Shown: positions 16,877 to 64,000 of the stretch, in pieces | How the letters are laid out: each line of letters starts with the position of its first letter | How positions within the stretch are numbered: the first letter of the stretch is position 1 | Assembly: GCF_009914755.1 (NCBI RefSeq) | Contig: NC_060925.1 | Reading direction: 5' to 3' (one strand) | Length of the DNA stretch: 64,000 bases | From: the human T2T-CHM13v2.0 reference genome, Homo sapiens | Notes under the pieces: generated by a model | What the model saw: only the letters and a program-made list of their open reading frames with translations | Told to the model about the DNA's origin: nothing | Databases searched by the model: none | Program-made: the position numbers and the translations under genes

Positions 16877-17379
16877 GTTTAGTTAGGTTGGATGACCTAT
16901 AAAGTCCATCTCAGTTCTTATAATGCAGTAACATACAACAGCAAATCCATTCTTTCTGATCTTTCTTACACAGTAGTTTGGTTTTGTGCCAATGAATGAG
17001 TCATGGGAACACTCCTTCATCCATCACCACACATACCGACAACTGGAGGCCAGCCTCTATGTATATATGTTTGGACATTTCACTTGGATTCTATGGACTG
17101 CTTCCTTATTGTTAAATTGAATTCAATTCCACCAGTATCTATCAGGGACCTATTATGCACCAGATGCTACATGAAACTGGGATATAAAGAAAAGCAACAA
17201 TCATCTCATGCTATAGAAAAGTCGTAATTTAGTAATCTAGATTGCTCTCTTTAGTGCTTTCTTATTTTAAAAGTCGCGTGATTTTTCATAAAAGAACTCT
17301 GCGGCTTGCACCCAGCTTTGTTGGGAATCCATGTTCTTTCTTGAGGTGATATAAAATGTAAGTTGGAGGTAAGTACTGT

Positions 17380-17760
17380 GTGAGTTAAGACACAGGCTCA
17401 ATTGCTGCAAGAAGTTCTCTTTAGCATAAGAGTCTGTGTGTGGCTGTGTGTGGTCAGTTGGGGAATGATATGGTGTCTCCAAAGTGTCAGAGACCCAAGC
17501 ACCTCTTATCTGATTACTATACCATTCTTATTTGATTACTCTACCACCCTCAAATGGTGGCATCCATTCTTTAGTTTAAGAGGGCTGCTTCAGTTATTAC
17601 CAACACATCTGTATTCCAAGCAGTGAGAAGGGAAAGACAGGATCTTTCTCCTTAGGAGAATGACCTAAAAATTGTACATTCACTTCTGTTTACATCCCAT
17701 TGACCAGGACTTAGCCTGTTGGCACACCTACCTTCAATGAGGCTAGTAAATGTGGTCCTT
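17380..17760. mobile_element. Ancient MaLR LTR (MLT1-like)
   Basis: cacttctgtttacatcccattgaccaggacttag...aaatgtggtc motif. Confidence 0.5.
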
Positions 17761-17883
17761 AGAATAATTGGATATCTAAGTCCTCTCAATGTTGTTTTCT
17801 TATAGTAACCCCTTATTTGTCCTTTTCTACTTTCTTCCTTTAAAAATCACTGATAAATATGTAATTGAAAAAGTCTCTTTTTA

Positions 17884-18207
<324 letters not shown>

Positions 18208-18620
18208 AGATGGTGATAGAAAAACTGCAGGAAAAAACAAAAAAACTCCATAGAATCATTGCCTATCAGCTGTTTGATAAACACTTTAAGCTTGTAGCAT
18301 TCTTCAACTATTGACTTCCGGTTCTACCTCTTTCTCTAATTAGCAGTGTGATTTCAAATATGTCACTTGACATTTATGCTTGGTTTTCTGCAAAAAGAAA
18401 AAAAGTAATATTTAACTGTCGGGGTTGTTCATGTGATTGAATGAATTTATGGATGTAAAAGTGTTTTGAAAACTAGAAAGCACAGTGCATATGCACAATG
18501 GATGGTATTGTTTTGTTGTTACTGCACACTGCACAATGCCCTGTATTGAGGCACAGCTTTCCACTGACAGAATCTTGAGGTGTTACAGTTCTGGAGCAGT
18601 TACCTTGGTCCTATTTCTAG

Positions 18621-19386
<766 letters not shown>

Positions 19387-19952
19387 TAAATGTCACTGAT
19401 GTAGCTGGCATTTAGTAGGCTTTCAGTAGGTGTTGGTTTTCTTTGTCTGCCCCTCATTTTGCTTAATTAACCTACCAAATGCATCTTTGACTCTAGTGTG
19501 TCCAGAAGAAATGGACAGTGTTGATGCTCTAAACATCCCCAGCGTAGATTGTTTTTCAATGTGCACAACACAGATAAGTCACTTCAAAGTCCATAGATAA
19601 AGGGGCTTCTTGCTGATTTCATCAGAATGAGTAGAAATTGCAAGATAATTTTTGTTTTGCCTCCCACCCCCAGCTTCATGTACAGATCACACTGACAGAG
19701 TATCTTCAGCTTTTATCTTTCCTCCCTTCCTTGATCTGCCCTTCATCAAAGCATTTTAGTTGTAAAGTTAAATAGGGAAGAATGAGGAACGAGGCATAAA
19801 TCATCCTAACTTCTTGCCACCCTCCAACCTTATATTCTCAAAAGACATCATTGGACTGCACCATTGTTTTGGTAACAATACACCAGTTTTAAAGTATTTT
19901 CTTGTTACCTTTCTCCTTTTTGATATTCATCTAATTTTCCTTTCTTTTGTAG

Positions 19953-63540
<43,588 letters not shown>

Positions 63541-63949
63541 GTAAGTCAGTCATTTTGCTGTATGTATTTTTCTGGTTTGTGTTGGATTTGCACTAAATGT
63601 ACATTTTCCCCAATACAGTTTATTGGATTGTGAGTGTGCTCTTTCAAGTTACTGAGATAAAAATATGGTCTAAATAACATCAATAAATAGACTTAGAAAA
63701 GTACAGTAGAGCACAGAGATGACCTCTATGAATTTTTTGGCAAATCTCATCCACTATATTCTGTGCTATGTGTAAGTTTTATTTTTATTTATTTATTTTT
63801 TCAATCTTAGTCTTTTAACCTGTACATGTAAAGTTTTATAAAACAAAAATGGTATCATGTGGCACATACTAAATAAGTATTTTTTGAGAGCATATAGTAT
63901 GATTTTTATCGATTTCATAGTACTCCATCTTATGAATGTGCTATAAGTT

Positions 63950-64000
63950 TCTTTTTTTTTTTTTTTTTTTTTTTGAGACAGAGTCTTGCTCTGTCACCCA
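63950..64000 (-). mobile_element. Alu 3' end, cut by the window end
   Basis: poly-T plus gagacagagtcttgctctgtcaccca. Confidence 0.85.

Overview
Human (primate) genomic DNA, very Alu-rich, lying inside the 3' half of PATJ (INADL, the multi-PDZ scaffold of the Crumbs polarity/tight-junction complex) on the + strand. Eight GT-AG exons (19953-20070, 25009-25142, 48913-48996, 54530-54723, 57009-57156, 57609-57695, 61658-61772, 63503-63540) splice into one phase-consistent ORF encoding the linker before PDZ8, all of PDZ8 and PDZ9, and the start of PDZ10. The gene's start and end lie outside the window. The introns carry a perfect L2-derived palindromic miRNA hairpin (MIR3116-1/-2), a 7SL retropseudogene, about 60 Alu/FLAM/FRAM/FAM pieces, L1 fragments, LTRs (LTR8-like, LTR27/28-like, MST, MLT1) and DNA transposon relics (MER5, MER58, MER82). 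The most notable observations are a hidden splice layer around PDZ8/9 and a large inverted duplication. The splice layer comprises a 75-nt in-frame exon with a crippled donor (13523-13597), a 90-nt in-frame exon exapted from an antisense MST LTR (40782-40871), a skippable symmetric 84-nt PDZ8 exon, and a stop codon embedded in the donor at 54724. The inverted duplication spans about 400 bp (16489-16884). I see no evidence of a wholly new multi-gene system, and nearly all ORFs in the supplied track are repeat-derived noise. Repeat subfamily names and boundaries are by eye and approximate. Literature items are from memory and need checking.
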